Origin: an uncultured Paracoccus sp.
GTDB taxonomy: Bacteria > Pseudomonadota > Alphaproteobacteria > Rhodobacterales > Rhodobacteraceae
Reading direction: 5' to 3'
DNA length: 57,744 bases
Assembly: GCF_946221145.1 (NCBI RefSeq)
Contig: NZ_CAMIOH010000001.1
Location: forward strand, 1 to 57,744
Below the pieces are notes generated by a model that was not told the origin of the DNA, did no database searches, and saw only the letters and a list, made by a program, of their open reading frames with translations. The stretch's first letter is position 1; each line of letters opens with the position of its first letter. The position numbers and the translations under genes were made by a program. Below, piece by piece: positions 38,753-48,037 of the stretch.

Positions 38753-40024
38753 TCAGTCTTCGGCAAGCTGCGAGACCAGCAGCTTGTCGATCCGCCGCCC
38801 ATCCAGGTCCACGACCTCGATCCGCCAGTTGCCCAGCGTGACATGCGCGCCGACATCGGGCAGCACGCCCGCGCGATCCAGAACCAGGCCCGCGACGGAT
38901 TCGTAACCGCGATCCTCGGGCAGGGTGATGCCGATCATTTCCGCGAATTCGTCGGCAGGCATCCAGCCCGCGACCAGCCAGCTGCCGTCGTCGCGCTGCA
39001 CGGCCTTGGGTTCGTCGTCGCCCGGTTCGGGGAAATCGCCGGCAATGGCCTCCAGCAGGTCCATCGCCGTCACCACGCCCTCGAAATGGCCGTATTCGTC
39101 ATAGACCAGCAGCATATGAGCGGGGCTGGCCTTCAATTCCTCGATCACGTTCAGCGCCGGCAAGCCCTCTCGGATGACCGGCACTTCCTGGACCAAGGGG
39201 CGCAGGTCGGCCACGTCCTCGGACAGCAGGTCGCGCAGGGTGATGACGCCGATGATGTCATTGTCCGACCCGTCCCGAACCAGCAGGCGGGACCGGCGGC
39301 TGTCACGGAATTTTTGCAGCGCGTCCGCAGCAGGATCGCTGACATCGACCGTCTCGACCTCGTGGCGCGGGGTCATCAGGCCGCGGGCGGACCTGTCGGC
39401 GATGCGCATGACGCCTGCGATCATCTCGGTCTCGGCCGGTTCGATGACGCCTGCGGTGCGGGCTTCGGACAGCATCACCCGGATTTCCTCGTCCGAGATG
39501 CCGCGTTCGGAATCGCCCGACTGGCCCAGCAGGGTCAGCACCGCCTTGCCGGACTTGTCCAGCACCCAGACCACCGGCGCGGCGATCCGAGAGATGAACA
39601 GGATCAGCGGCGCGATCCGCGTGGCAACCGCCTCGGGGGCGCGCAGGGCGATCTGCTTGGGCACCAGTTCGCCGATGATCAGCGACAGATAGGTGATCAG
39701 CACGACGACGCCGCCGACGCCCAGGGTCTGGGCCAAAGCCGGCGACATGCCGGTATCAACCAGCACCGCCGACAGCCGCGCGCCCAGCGTGGCGCCCGAG
39801 AATGCGCCCGACAGGACCCCGACCAGGGTGATGCCGATCTGGACGCTGGACAGGAAGCGCCCCGGTTCGGCCCCCAGGTCCAGGGCGATTTCGGCGCCCC
39901 GGCTGCCTTCGGCGGCCATCACTTTCAGTCGCGCGGGCCGGGCAGACACGATGGCCAGTTCCGACATGGCCAGAACGCCGTTGAACATCGTCAGCAGCAG
40001 GACGATGAGAATTTCCAGAAACAT
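38753..40024 (-). CDS. HlyC/CorC family protein (CNNM-CBS-CorC domains)
   Basis: NGVLAMSELAIVSAR, FLSSVQIGIT, GELVPKQIA, DEYGHFEGVVT, DGRRIDKLL. Confidence 0.94.
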   Translation of the reverse strand: MFLEILIVLLLTMFNGVLAMSELAIVSARPARLKVMAAEGSRGAEIALDLGAEPGRFLSSVQIGITLVGVLSGAFSGATLGARLSAVLVDTGMSPALAQTLGVGGVVVLITYLSLIIGELVPKQIALRAPEAVATRIAPLILFISRIAAPVVWVLDKSGKAVLTLLGQSGDSERGISDEEIRVMLSEARTAGVIEPAETEMIAGVMRIADRSARGLMTPRHEVETVDVSDPAADALQKFRDSRRSRLLVRDGSDNDIIGVITLRDLLSEDVADLRPLVQEVPVIREGLPALNVIEELKASPAHMLLVYDEYGHFEGVVTAMDLLEAIAGDFPEPGDDEPKAVQRDDGSWLVAGWMPADEFAEMIGITLPEDRGYESVAGLVLDRAGVLPDVGAHVTLGNWRIEVVDLDGRRIDKLLVSQLAED

Positions 40025-40159
40025 CGGTTCACTTTGTCCAAGGTCAGGCTGTCCGCAATCTGCACGAAGCGCGCGCCGGTGCAAAGGCATGACGGCCATC
40101 AGAGGGACAGAATCGGCAGGCAAGGCGCCGTCGCGGGCGCCTTGCCAAGGGTTTTTGCC

Positions 40160-41161
40160 TTATTTTCCTGCGTGGTCCGAGGTCAGGGGGTCCGACTTGT
40201 TGCCGGTCGTTTTCCACAACGAGAACACCACGCCGGCGCCCAGGATGGCAAAGGTGATGCCCAGCGACCACATCGGCGGGAACTTCTCCCAGCCCATCAG
40301 ATCGGCGATGAAGATCTTGGACCCGATGAACACCAGCAGCAGCGACAGCGCGTATTTCAGATAGCTGAAGCGGTGCAGGATCGCGGCCAGGGCGAAATAC
40401 AGCGCCCGCAGGCCCAGGATCGCGAAGATGTTCGAGGTATAGACCAGATAGGGATCGGTGGTGATGGTGAACACCGCCGGGACCGAATCCACGGCAAAGA
40501 CCAGATCGGCGATCTCGATCATGATCAGCGCCAGCAGCAGCGGCGTCGCGTGGCGCACGACCTTGCCGGTCTTGGTGTCGGGAACCCGCACGATGAAGCG
40601 GTCGCCGTGGAAATCGTCGGTCACCCGGAACCGGCGGCGCATGAACTGAACCAGCCGGTTGTCCGACAGGTCATGCGATTCTTCCTTGGCGAACAGCATC
40701 TTGATGCCGGTGAACACCAGGAACAGCGCGAACAGATACAGCACCCAGTGGTAATGTTCGACGATGGTGGCGCCCAGCCCGATCATGATGCCGCGCAGCA
40801 CGATCACGCCAAGGATACCCCAGAACAGCACCCGATGCTGATACTCCCGCGGCACCGCGAAAAAGCCGAAGATCAGCGCGATGACGAAGATGTTGTCCAT
40901 CGCCAGCGTCTTTTCGACCACGAAGGCGGTCAGGTATTGCGCCGTCGGCTCGGCCCCCATCTGCCAGTAGATGAAGCCGGAAAAGCCCAGGCCCAGGACG
41001 ATATACATCGCCGACATGCGCAGCGATTCCGCGACGCCGATTTCGTGATTGTCCTTGTGAAGCACGCCCAGGTCGAATGCCAGAAGCGCGACAACCAGGG
41101 TCAGGAACAGCAGCCACATCCACAGCGGCTTGCCCATGACCAGCAGTAACAGAATTTCCAT
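40160..41161 (-). CDS. TerC/Alx family metal-homeostasis membrane protein
   Basis: VEKTLAMDNIFV, QHRVLFWGILG, DLVFAVDSVPA, YTSNIFAILGLR. Confidence 0.95.
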   Translation of the reverse strand: MEILLLLVMGKPLWMWLLFLTLVVALLAFDLGVLHKDNHEIGVAESLRMSAMYIVLGLGFSGFIYWQMGAEPTAQYLTAFVVEKTLAMDNIFVIALIFGFFAVPREYQHRVLFWGILGVIVLRGIMIGLGATIVEHYHWVLYLFALFLVFTGIKMLFAKEESHDLSDNRLVQFMRRRFRVTDDFHGDRFIVRVPDTKTGKVVRHATPLLLALIMIEIADLVFAVDSVPAVFTITTDPYLVYTSNIFAILGLRALYFALAAILHRFSYLKYALSLLLVFIGSKIFIADLMGWEKFPPMWSLGITFAILGAGVVFSLWKTTGNKSDPLTSDHAGK

Positions 41162-41222
41162 CTTGCCCTCATCGTTGCTGTAGTGCTTCGATGCCAGGGG
41201 CTTCGCTTGGTCAGGGCCACTT

Positions 41223-41292
41223 GCATCGAGGCACGCTCGATGCGGTTCCGACATCACGACACGAACTGTCGCCAGAGGGGCCCGGTCCCGCT
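41223..41292 (-). ncRNA. Putative structured cis-regulatory leader of terC
   Basis: Hairpins CGACA-GTTCG-TGTCG and GCATCGAG-cgtgc-CTCGATGC 60-130 nt upstream of terC; resembles, from recall only, the alphaproteobacterial terC RNA motif. Confidence 0.45.
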
Positions 41293-41409
41293 GTGTGGAA
41301 AGATGACGCAGGCCTGCGCAGATTACAAGGCGCAGGGCGAAACTTTCTTGCAGGCCCTTGCGGCAACGGGAAATTTTTACGCTGACGGGCGTTGGGCAGG
41401 GGGGTGATC

Positions 41410-42645
41410 ATGGAAAAGACCGGACTTGGCGGCGATGACGGCAACTGGCTGGATGATCCGGTCCATCGCGCCTGGCTGGCGGCGGATGCGCGCCGGTCGC
41501 TGGATTTCTTCGACGCGAGCGTCGGGGCAGGTGGCGGGTTCGTCACGCTGGATCACACGGGCCGCGTGTTGCCCGGAGGCGTTCAGGAACTGCATGTGAC
41601 GACGCGGCTGGTCCATTCCTATGCCCTGGGCCAGCTTGCCGGGCGAACCGACCGGGCGGACATCATCGACCGAGGGATGCAGGCGCTGTGGCAGGGGCAT
41701 CGCGACGGCAGGCACGGCGGCTATGTCTGGTCGCTGTCGGATGGGGCGGTGGCGGACGGGACCAAGCTGGCCTATGGCCATGTCTTCGTTCTTCTGGCGG
41801 CCTCGACCGCGCGGCTGGCGGGTCATCCGGATGCCGACCGCCTGCTGGACGACATTGCGCAGGTGCTGGAGGATCGGTTCTGGGACGCGGGTGCAGGGCT
41901 GTTCCGCGATGAATTCACCCGCGACTGGCAGGTCTTTTCAACCTATCGCGGCATGAACGCCAACATGCACGGGGTCGAGGCGCTGCTGGCCGCGCATGAG
42001 GCGACGGGCGAGGGCGAATACCTGCGCCGGGCTGGCGGGATCCTTGATTTCTTCATCGCGGGCCAGGCGGCGGCCCATAATTGGCGGATCCCCGAACATT
42101 ACGATGCCGATTGGCAGCCCGATCCCGCCTATGAGGGCAATCCGATGTTCCGCCCGGCAGGCACGACCCCGGGCCATTCGTTCGAGATGGCGCGCCTGCT
42201 GCTGCAATACTGGGACCTGGCCGGCCGGCCCGGCACCGACGCGCCCCGGCAGGCCCGGCTGCTGGTCGAAACGGCACTGGCGGACGCCTGGATGGCGCAG
42301 GGCGGGCTGGCCTATACGTTGGACGCAGGCGGCCGGGTGGCGCGGCGTGATCGGTACTGGTGGCCCGTGACCGAGGCGATCGGCGCGCTTGCCGCGCTGA
42401 TCAAGCTGGATCCGCGGCCCATGGATCAGGACTGGTATCGCCGCCTGTGGCGCTTTGCCGATGGCGAATTGATCGACCATGACCGGGGCGGCTGGTTCCC
42501 CGAACCCGGCGGCCCGGCGCGCCGAGGGCAGTTCCAGGGCAAGCCCGACATCTATCATGCCTTGCAGGCCGATCTGTTCCCGCTGGTCCCCGGCCTGTCG
42601 CGTCTTTCCGCCGCCCTGGCGCAGACCGGGCCGCTCAAATCCTGA
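41410..42645 (+). CDS. AGE-family epimerase/isomerase (mannose isomerase/YihS-like)
   Basis: KLAYGHVFV, YRGMNANMH, TTPGHSFE, WWPVTEA, KPDIYHA. Confidence 0.93.
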   Translation: MEKTGLGGDDGNWLDDPVHRAWLAADARRSLDFFDASVGAGGGFVTLDHTGRVLPGGVQELHVTTRLVHSYALGQLAGRTDRADIIDRGMQALWQGHRDGRHGGYVWSLSDGAVADGTKLAYGHVFVLLAASTARLAGHPDADRLLDDIAQVLEDRFWDAGAGLFRDEFTRDWQVFSTYRGMNANMHGVEALLAAHEATGEGEYLRRAGGILDFFIAGQAAAHNWRIPEHYDADWQPDPAYEGNPMFRPAGTTPGHSFEMARLLLQYWDLAGRPGTDAPRQARLLVETALADAWMAQGGLAYTLDAGGRVARRDRYWWPVTEAIGALAALIKLDPRPMDQDWYRRLWRFADGELIDHDRGGWFPEPGGPARRGQFQGKPDIYHALQADLFPLVPGLSRLSAALAQTGPLKS

Positions 42646-42715
42646 TCCGGGGTGCATTTCCGGCGCAAGCGCCTATCTAAGACCCCGAACGAACAGGCAA
42701 GGAAAAGACGAACCG

Positions 42716-44191
42716 ATGGTTCAGAATGACGGTTTCGCGGGCCCGATCCTGCATTTCCGGGGCTGCGATGCCGATGAATTGCGCCTTGCGGCGGTCACGA
42801 TCCGACCAGATGCCGCGCCGCCGCCCGGTGCGCTGACAACCGCAAGCGGCGCGGTGCAGCCGGTCCTGCTGGCGCAGGTCGCGGGGGTGTCGGTCTGGCG
42901 GCATGACTTCACCCTGGCCGCGGGCGAGGCCGGATACAGCCTGGATGGACGCGACCATCCTGTCGCCACCCGGCTGGACGGCGATATCCGCATCGCCTTC
43001 GTTTCCTGCAACGGAGAGGAACACGGCGATCTGGACCGGGACGGGGCCGAGCGGAACCTGATGTGGGCGCGGCTGAGCCAGGATCACGCCCGCGCGCCCT
43101 TCGCCCTGCTGCTGCAGGGGGGCGACCAGATCTATGCGGACGAGGCGACCCATGGCCATCCCCTGTCCGAGGGCTGGCCGGACCAAGTGCCCGACGATCC
43201 CCAGGCGGCCGATCTGGCGGATCTGACCCGGCACCTGGAGCGGCGTTTTGCCCAGCGTTACCTGATGGTTCTGGCGGCCGAGGGCTGCGCGGATCTGTTC
43301 GCCAGCGTGCCGTCGCTGTCGGTCTGGGACGATCACGACATCTGCGACGGCTGGGGATCGCTGCCCGAAAGCCGCACCGGGTCGGCGGTGGGGCAGGCGC
43401 TGTTCGCGGTGGCGCGGCGGATGTATCTGCTGTTCCAGCATGGCGCGACCGATGCCGACGTGCCCGCGCTGTTCATGGATCCCACCGGCAGCAACCTGGG
43501 CTGGCGGCGCGACCTGCCGGGGTTGACGGTGTTCGCGCCGGATCTGCGGTCGGAACGACGCCGCCGCCGGGTGATGGGCGATGGCGGCTGGACGGCGGTG
43601 GAATCGCTGCGGCCTGCGGGGGATCATGTGTTCATGGTGTCCAGCGTTCCGCTGTTGGGTCCGCGCCTGTCGCTGCTGGAATCGCTGATGATGCTGATCC
43701 CCCGGATGCAGCATTACGAAGACGACCTGCGCGACCAATGGCAAAGCCATGCCCATCGCGACGAATGGCGGCGGATGCTGGGCCAGATCCTGCGGATGCG
43801 CCGGGCGGCGCCGGTCACGATCCTGTCGGGCGAAATCCACTTGGCGACCCGGGCCGAGATGGGGCCGCAGGACAGCCAGGTCCACCAGCTTGTCGCCTCG
43901 GGGATTTCGCACCGGGCGCCGCCGCGCGCCTATGCCCGCGCGCTTGGCCTGTTCGCGGGTCTGGGCGATGCGCCGCTGAAGGGCCATCCGATCACCATCC
44001 GGCCCCTGCCGGGCCAGAAGCACCGCTATGTCGCCGAACGCAATTTCCTGGTGCTGGATCGCCGGGACGGGCGGTGGCAGGCGATCTGGCACCTGGAGGA
44101 CAGCGGACCGACGCCGCCGCTGGAATTGGATCAGCGTTCCAGCACCAGCAGATCGCCCTCGAAGCTGACGCGGGCGAAGGTGCGCAGATAG
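42716..44191 (+). CDS. PhoD-like metallophosphatase
   Basis: FVSCNG, GGDQIYAD, WDDHDICDGWGS, LSGEIH. Confidence 0.88.
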   Translation: MVQNDGFAGPILHFRGCDADELRLAAVTIRPDAAPPPGALTTASGAVQPVLLAQVAGVSVWRHDFTLAAGEAGYSLDGRDHPVATRLDGDIRIAFVSCNGEEHGDLDRDGAERNLMWARLSQDHARAPFALLLQGGDQIYADEATHGHPLSEGWPDQVPDDPQAADLADLTRHLERRFAQRYLMVLAAEGCADLFASVPSLSVWDDHDICDGWGSLPESRTGSAVGQALFAVARRMYLLFQHGATDADVPALFMDPTGSNLGWRRDLPGLTVFAPDLRSERRRRRVMGDGGWTAVESLRPAGDHVFMVSSVPLLGPRLSLLESLMMLIPRMQHYEDDLRDQWQSHAHRDEWRRMLGQILRMRRAAPVTILSGEIHLATRAEMGPQDSQVHQLVASGISHRAPPRAYARALGLFAGLGDAPLKGHPITIRPLPGQKHRYVAERNFLVLDRRDGRWQAIWHLEDSGPTPPLELDQRSSTSRSPSKLTRAKVRR

Positions 44192-44700
44192 GACATGCCC
44201 AGCAGCGACCCGTCCAGATCGGCGCCGATCACCCAGGCGCGGACATTGCGGTCCACGATATCGCCGATGGCGATCTCCTTGATCGTCACGGGCGCGGTCT
44301 GCACCTGGCCATTCGCGGTCATCGCTGTGCCAACATAGGCCAGCCCGTCGGGATCCAGCCCGACGCGCCGCGCATCCGCCGGGCCAAGCGCAATCGAGGA
44401 CGCGCCGGTATCGACCATGAAGCGGACCTCTTGCCCGTTGACCTGGGCGGTCAGGTGGAAATGGCCGTCGCGGCCCACCGGAATCTCGATCCGGCCGCCC
44501 TCCAGCACCTGCTGGCGCGGGGCGGTGCCGTCAAGATACCAGGTCGCGGCCAGCGTGGCGCCCGCGAAGATCACCGCCCACAGCATGATCTGGCGCAGCA
44601 CCTGCCCGCCGCGGCCCGCCAGTTCGAACACCATCGCGCCACCGATGACCAGCAAAAGCAGGCCGTAATAGACAAGCTGCATGGTGTCGTCGCCTGCCAT
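44131..44700 (-). CDS. Clan AA retropepsin-like aspartic protease (TIGR02281-type)
   Basis: DGHFH, FMVDTGAS, TANG, SLLGMSYL; two N-terminal TM segments. Confidence 0.93.
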   Translation of the reverse strand: MAGDDTMQLVYYGLLLLVIGGAMVFELAGRGGQVLRQIMLWAVIFAGATLAATWYLDGTAPRQQVLEGGRIEIPVGRDGHFHLTAQVNGQEVRFMVDTGASSIALGPADARRVGLDPDGLAYVGTAMTANGQVQTAPVTIKEIAIGDIVDRNVRAWVIGADLDGSLLGMSYLRTFARVSFEGDLLVLER

Positions 44701-45317
44701 CAGAACAGCCCCGATCCCATTAGCCCGTCGATCACGAACTGCACCGACAGCGCGGCCAGCAGCATCCCCAAAAGCCGCGTCACCACCATCACCCCGGTGC
44801 GGCCAAGCGCGTTCGCCAGCGGCGTGGCGACGACGAACAGGATCATCGCGATGCCCAGCACCGACAGCATCACCAGATTGATCATCACCATATGGCCGAT
44901 CCCCGGCGATTCCCCCATCAGCAGGATCATCGAGGCAAGCGCCCCCGGCCCCGCCAGCAACGGCATGGCCAGCGGAAAGACCGACGGGTCGTGATGCAGG
45001 GGATCGCCGTCGCCCTGGTTCTCGCGCCGTTCGGTGCGGCGTTCGAACAGCATGTCAAGCGCGGTCAGGAACAGCAGCAGGCCGCCCGCGATGCGAAAGG
45101 CCGAGATCGAGATGCCAATGGCGCCCAGGATCGATTCGCCCGCAAATCCGAAGATCATCATCAGCACGGCGGCGATGCTCAGCGCACGAAAGCCGATGCG
45201 GCGGCGATCGGCGGCGGGCATGCCGGGCGTCAGCGCGATGAACACCGGCGCCAGCCCGATCGGGTCGATCACCACGAACAGCGTCACGAAGGCGGTGATG
45301 TACAGCGACAGATCCAT
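44700..45317 (-). CDS. MarC family membrane protein
   Basis: LFVVIDPIG, AFRIAGGLLL, FPLAMPLLAGPG, TRLLGMLL. Confidence 0.93.
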   Translation of the reverse strand: MDLSLYITAFVTLFVVIDPIGLAPVFIALTPGMPAADRRRIGFRALSIAAVLMMIFGFAGESILGAIGISISAFRIAGGLLLFLTALDMLFERRTERRENQGDGDPLHHDPSVFPLAMPLLAGPGALASMILLMGESPGIGHMVMINLVMLSVLGIAMILFVVATPLANALGRTGVMVVTRLLGMLLAALSVQFVIDGLMGSGLF

Positions 45318-45521
45318 GCTTGTCTTATGGCCCGCACGCCCGGCCCTGCCAAGCCGGGCGGCCGGGGGCAGGGCTTTCAAAATAACGTCAGTTTGTCGCA
45401 GACAGATGACGCGCGCCGCGAATCGTGGCAGGTGGGGTTTCGCTGCGGCGGCCAAGGCTCTATATTCCGCAGATTGGTTTATCCCAGGTCACTGGCCTGA
45501 CCCTGGAACTGGAGAACTGCA

Positions 45522-45794
45522 ATGCACGCACCGTCCCCCATGGCACTGCTCGTCATCGCCATCGTGGTCCTGGTCCTGTTCGGCCGCGGCAAGGTCTCGT
45601 CGCTGATGGGCGAATTCGGCAAGGGCATCACCGCCTTCAAGAAGGGCATCAACGACGGCAACGCCGAAACGACCGCGGAACGCAACGCCGCCACGCTGGA
45701 CAAGCCCGTCGCGCCCGCGCCGGTCGCCCCCGTCCAGACCGTCCCCGGCTCCGAGGCGCGCGACGTGACCCCGCACAACGAACCCCGCGTCTGA
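45522..45794 (+). CDS. tatA: Twin-arginine translocase TatA
   Basis: [27 protein letters not shown]. Confidence 0.95.
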   Translation: MHAPSPMALLVIAIVVLVLFGRGKVSSLMGEFGKGITAFKKGINDGNAETTAERNAATLDKPVAPAPVAPVQTVPGSEARDVTPHNEPRV

Positions 45795-45821
45795 TCCCGA
45801 AACCGGGACAGGGGTTCCAGA

Positions 45822-46313
45822 ATGCTTGATGTCGGGTGGAGCGAACTGCTGCTGATCGGTGTTGTCGCGCTGATCGTCATCGGTCCCGAGGATTTGCCGA
45901 AGCTGTTTCACACCCTGGGCCGGATCACGGCCAAGGCCCGGTCCATGGCGCGCGAATTCACAAGCGCGATGGAGGACGCGGCCAAGGGCAGCGGCATCAG
46001 TGAGGTGTCCAAGGATCTGAAGGACCTGACCTCGAAGAAGTCCCTGGGCCTGGATGCCCTGGATCGCGCCGCGACCCGGTTCGAACAGTGGGATCCCAAG
46101 GCAAGCCTGGAAAAATCCACCCGCGCCGTGCCCGATCCGGCCGCGCCCGCGCCCGCGGATTCCCGCCCCGTGGATGCGCCCGCCGTTCCCGCCCCTCCGG
46201 TCTCTGCCCCCTTGCAGGCCGCGAATGAATCCGCTGCCGCCCCGTCGGCTGCGGCCAGTGACAGCCCGCGCCGTATCGCCGGGGTCCGCCGTTCGGACAT
46301 GAAGGACCGCTAA
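45822..46313 (+). CDS. tatB: Twin-arginine translocase TatB
   Basis: MLDVGWSELLLIGVVALIVIGPEDLP. Confidence 0.95.
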   Translation: MLDVGWSELLLIGVVALIVIGPEDLPKLFHTLGRITAKARSMAREFTSAMEDAAKGSGISEVSKDLKDLTSKKSLGLDALDRAATRFEQWDPKASLEKSTRAVPDPAAPAPADSRPVDAPAVPAPPVSAPLQAANESAAAPSAAASDSPRRIAGVRRSDMKDR

Positions 46314-47165
46314 GTGTCATCGCAGAACCTCGATGAGCTGGATGACAGCTCGGCCCCGCTGATCGAGCATCTCAAGGAATTGCGCACCCGCCTGGTCTGG
46401 TCGGCCCTGGCCTTCGTGGTGGCGATGATCCTGTGCTATGTCGTCTGGAACCCGATCTACAATTTCCTGACCCAGCCGATCTGCGCCGCGCTTGAAAATC
46501 GCGGCCAGGAATGCGGACTGATCCTGCTGAAATTGCAGGAAGGCTTTACGGTCGCGATCCGCATTTCCTTCTTCGGTGGCTTCATCCTGGCCTTTCCGGT
46601 CATCGGCTATCAGCTGTGGCGTTTCATCGCCCCGGGCCTGTATCGCAGCGAAAAGCGCGCCTTCCTGCCGTTCCTGGTCGCATCGCCGCTGATGTTCGCC
46701 CTGGGGGCGGCCTTCGCCTATTACGTCATCCTGCCGATGGTGTTTTCGTTCTTCCTGGGCTTTCAGCAGGGACCGCTGGCGCTGCCCGACGATCCTGCGG
46801 GGGCTGCGGCGAGCAATAGCCACCTGGCTGGGATCGTGTTCCAGGGGTCGGTCAGCGAATACCTGAACCTGACAACGCGCTTCATCCTGGCCTTCGGGCT
46901 GTCGTTCCAGCTGCCGGTGGCCCTGGCGCTGATGGGCCGGGCGGGGCTGGTCTCGGCCGAGACGCTGGCCAGCACGCGGCGCTATGCGGTGGTCATCATC
47001 CTGACGCTGGCCGCCTGTCTGACGCCGCCCGACGTGGGCAGCCAGCTGGTGCTGTTCTCGGTCATCTACGGGCTTTACGAAATCTCGATCCAGATCGTCC
47101 GGCGGATTGAAAAGACGCGCGAAAAGGAACTTCGCGCCCAGGGGCTGTGGGACGAGGACGCCTGA
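46314..47165 (+). CDS. tatC: Twin-arginine translocase TatC
   Basis: [37 protein letters not shown]. Confidence 0.96.
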   Translation: MSSQNLDELDDSSAPLIEHLKELRTRLVWSALAFVVAMILCYVVWNPIYNFLTQPICAALENRGQECGLILLKLQEGFTVAIRISFFGGFILAFPVIGYQLWRFIAPGLYRSEKRAFLPFLVASPLMFALGAAFAYYVILPMVFSFFLGFQQGPLALPDDPAGAAASNSHLAGIVFQGSVSEYLNLTTRFILAFGLSFQLPVALALMGRAGLVSAETLASTRRYAVVIILTLAACLTPPDVGSQLVLFSVIYGLYEISIQIVRRIEKTREKELRAQGLWDEDA

Positions 47166-48004
47166 TGTCCAAAACCCTGCGCCGCATCGCCGAGGCGTTG
47201 GAGCGTCTGGCCCCGCCGCCGATCCCCGCGCCCAGCTTTACCGAAGCCGGTGCCTATGTCTGGCATCCCGATCCTGACCGGCTGCAGCCCGTGGACACCG
47301 TTGCCCGCGTCGATCTGGTGCAACTGATCGGCATCGACCTGGCCAAGCAGACCCTGCTGGACAACACGCTGCAATTCGCGCGCGGCTTCGGCGCGAACAA
47401 TGCGCTGCTGTGGGGCGCGCGGGGGATGGGCAAGTCGTCGCTGGTCAAGGCCGTCCATGCCGAAGCCGTGGCCCAGGGCCTGCCGCTGGTGCTGGTTGAA
47501 ATCGCCCGCGACGACCTGGGGTCGGTCGGGCGGCTGCTGGCGATTCTGGGCGGTGCGCGGGACAAGCGGTTCCTGCTGTTTTCGGACGACCTGTCCTTCA
47601 GCCATGACGACACCCAGTACAAATCGCTCAAGGCGGTGCTGGACGGCGGGATCAGCGGACGGCCCGCGAATGTGATCCTGTACGCGACCTCGAACCGGCG
47701 GCATCTGATGCCGCGCGACATGATCGACAATGAACGCGCCACCGCCATCCATCCCGGCGAGGCGGTCGAGGAAAAGGTCTCTCTGTCGGACCGATTCGGG
47801 CTGTGGCTGGGCTTTCACCCCTGTTCGCAGGACGAATATCTGGCGATGGTGCGGGCCTATTGCGACGCGTATGGCGTGGCGATCGACGATGACCGCCTGC
47901 GGGCCGAGGCGATCGAATGGCAGGCCACGCGCGGCGGCCGTTCGGGCCGGGTGGCGTGGCAGTTCTTCACCGACCTGGCAGGGCGGCACGGGGTCGCGGT
48001 CTAG
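47165..48004 (+). CDS. DUF815-type AAA+ ATP-binding protein
   Basis: NNALLWGARGMGKSSLVKA, YATSNRRHL, EEKVSLSDRFGLWL. Confidence 0.92.
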   Translation: MSKTLRRIAEALERLAPPPIPAPSFTEAGAYVWHPDPDRLQPVDTVARVDLVQLIGIDLAKQTLLDNTLQFARGFGANNALLWGARGMGKSSLVKAVHAEAVAQGLPLVLVEIARDDLGSVGRLLAILGGARDKRFLLFSDDLSFSHDDTQYKSLKAVLDGGISGRPANVILYATSNRRHLMPRDMIDNERATAIHPGEAVEEKVSLSDRFGLWLGFHPCSQDEYLAMVRAYCDAYGVAIDDDRLRAEAIEWQATRGGRSGRVAWQFFTDLAGRHGVAV

Positions 48005-48037
48005 GGTCTGACCACCCGGAAACCGGCATCGCCAGTT

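Noticed and set aside
38108..41149. 1013-aa + strand ORF (likewise the 52971-55499 minus-strand ORF)
   Set aside because: Antisense to well-supported genes (corC-like and terC; hybrid kinase)
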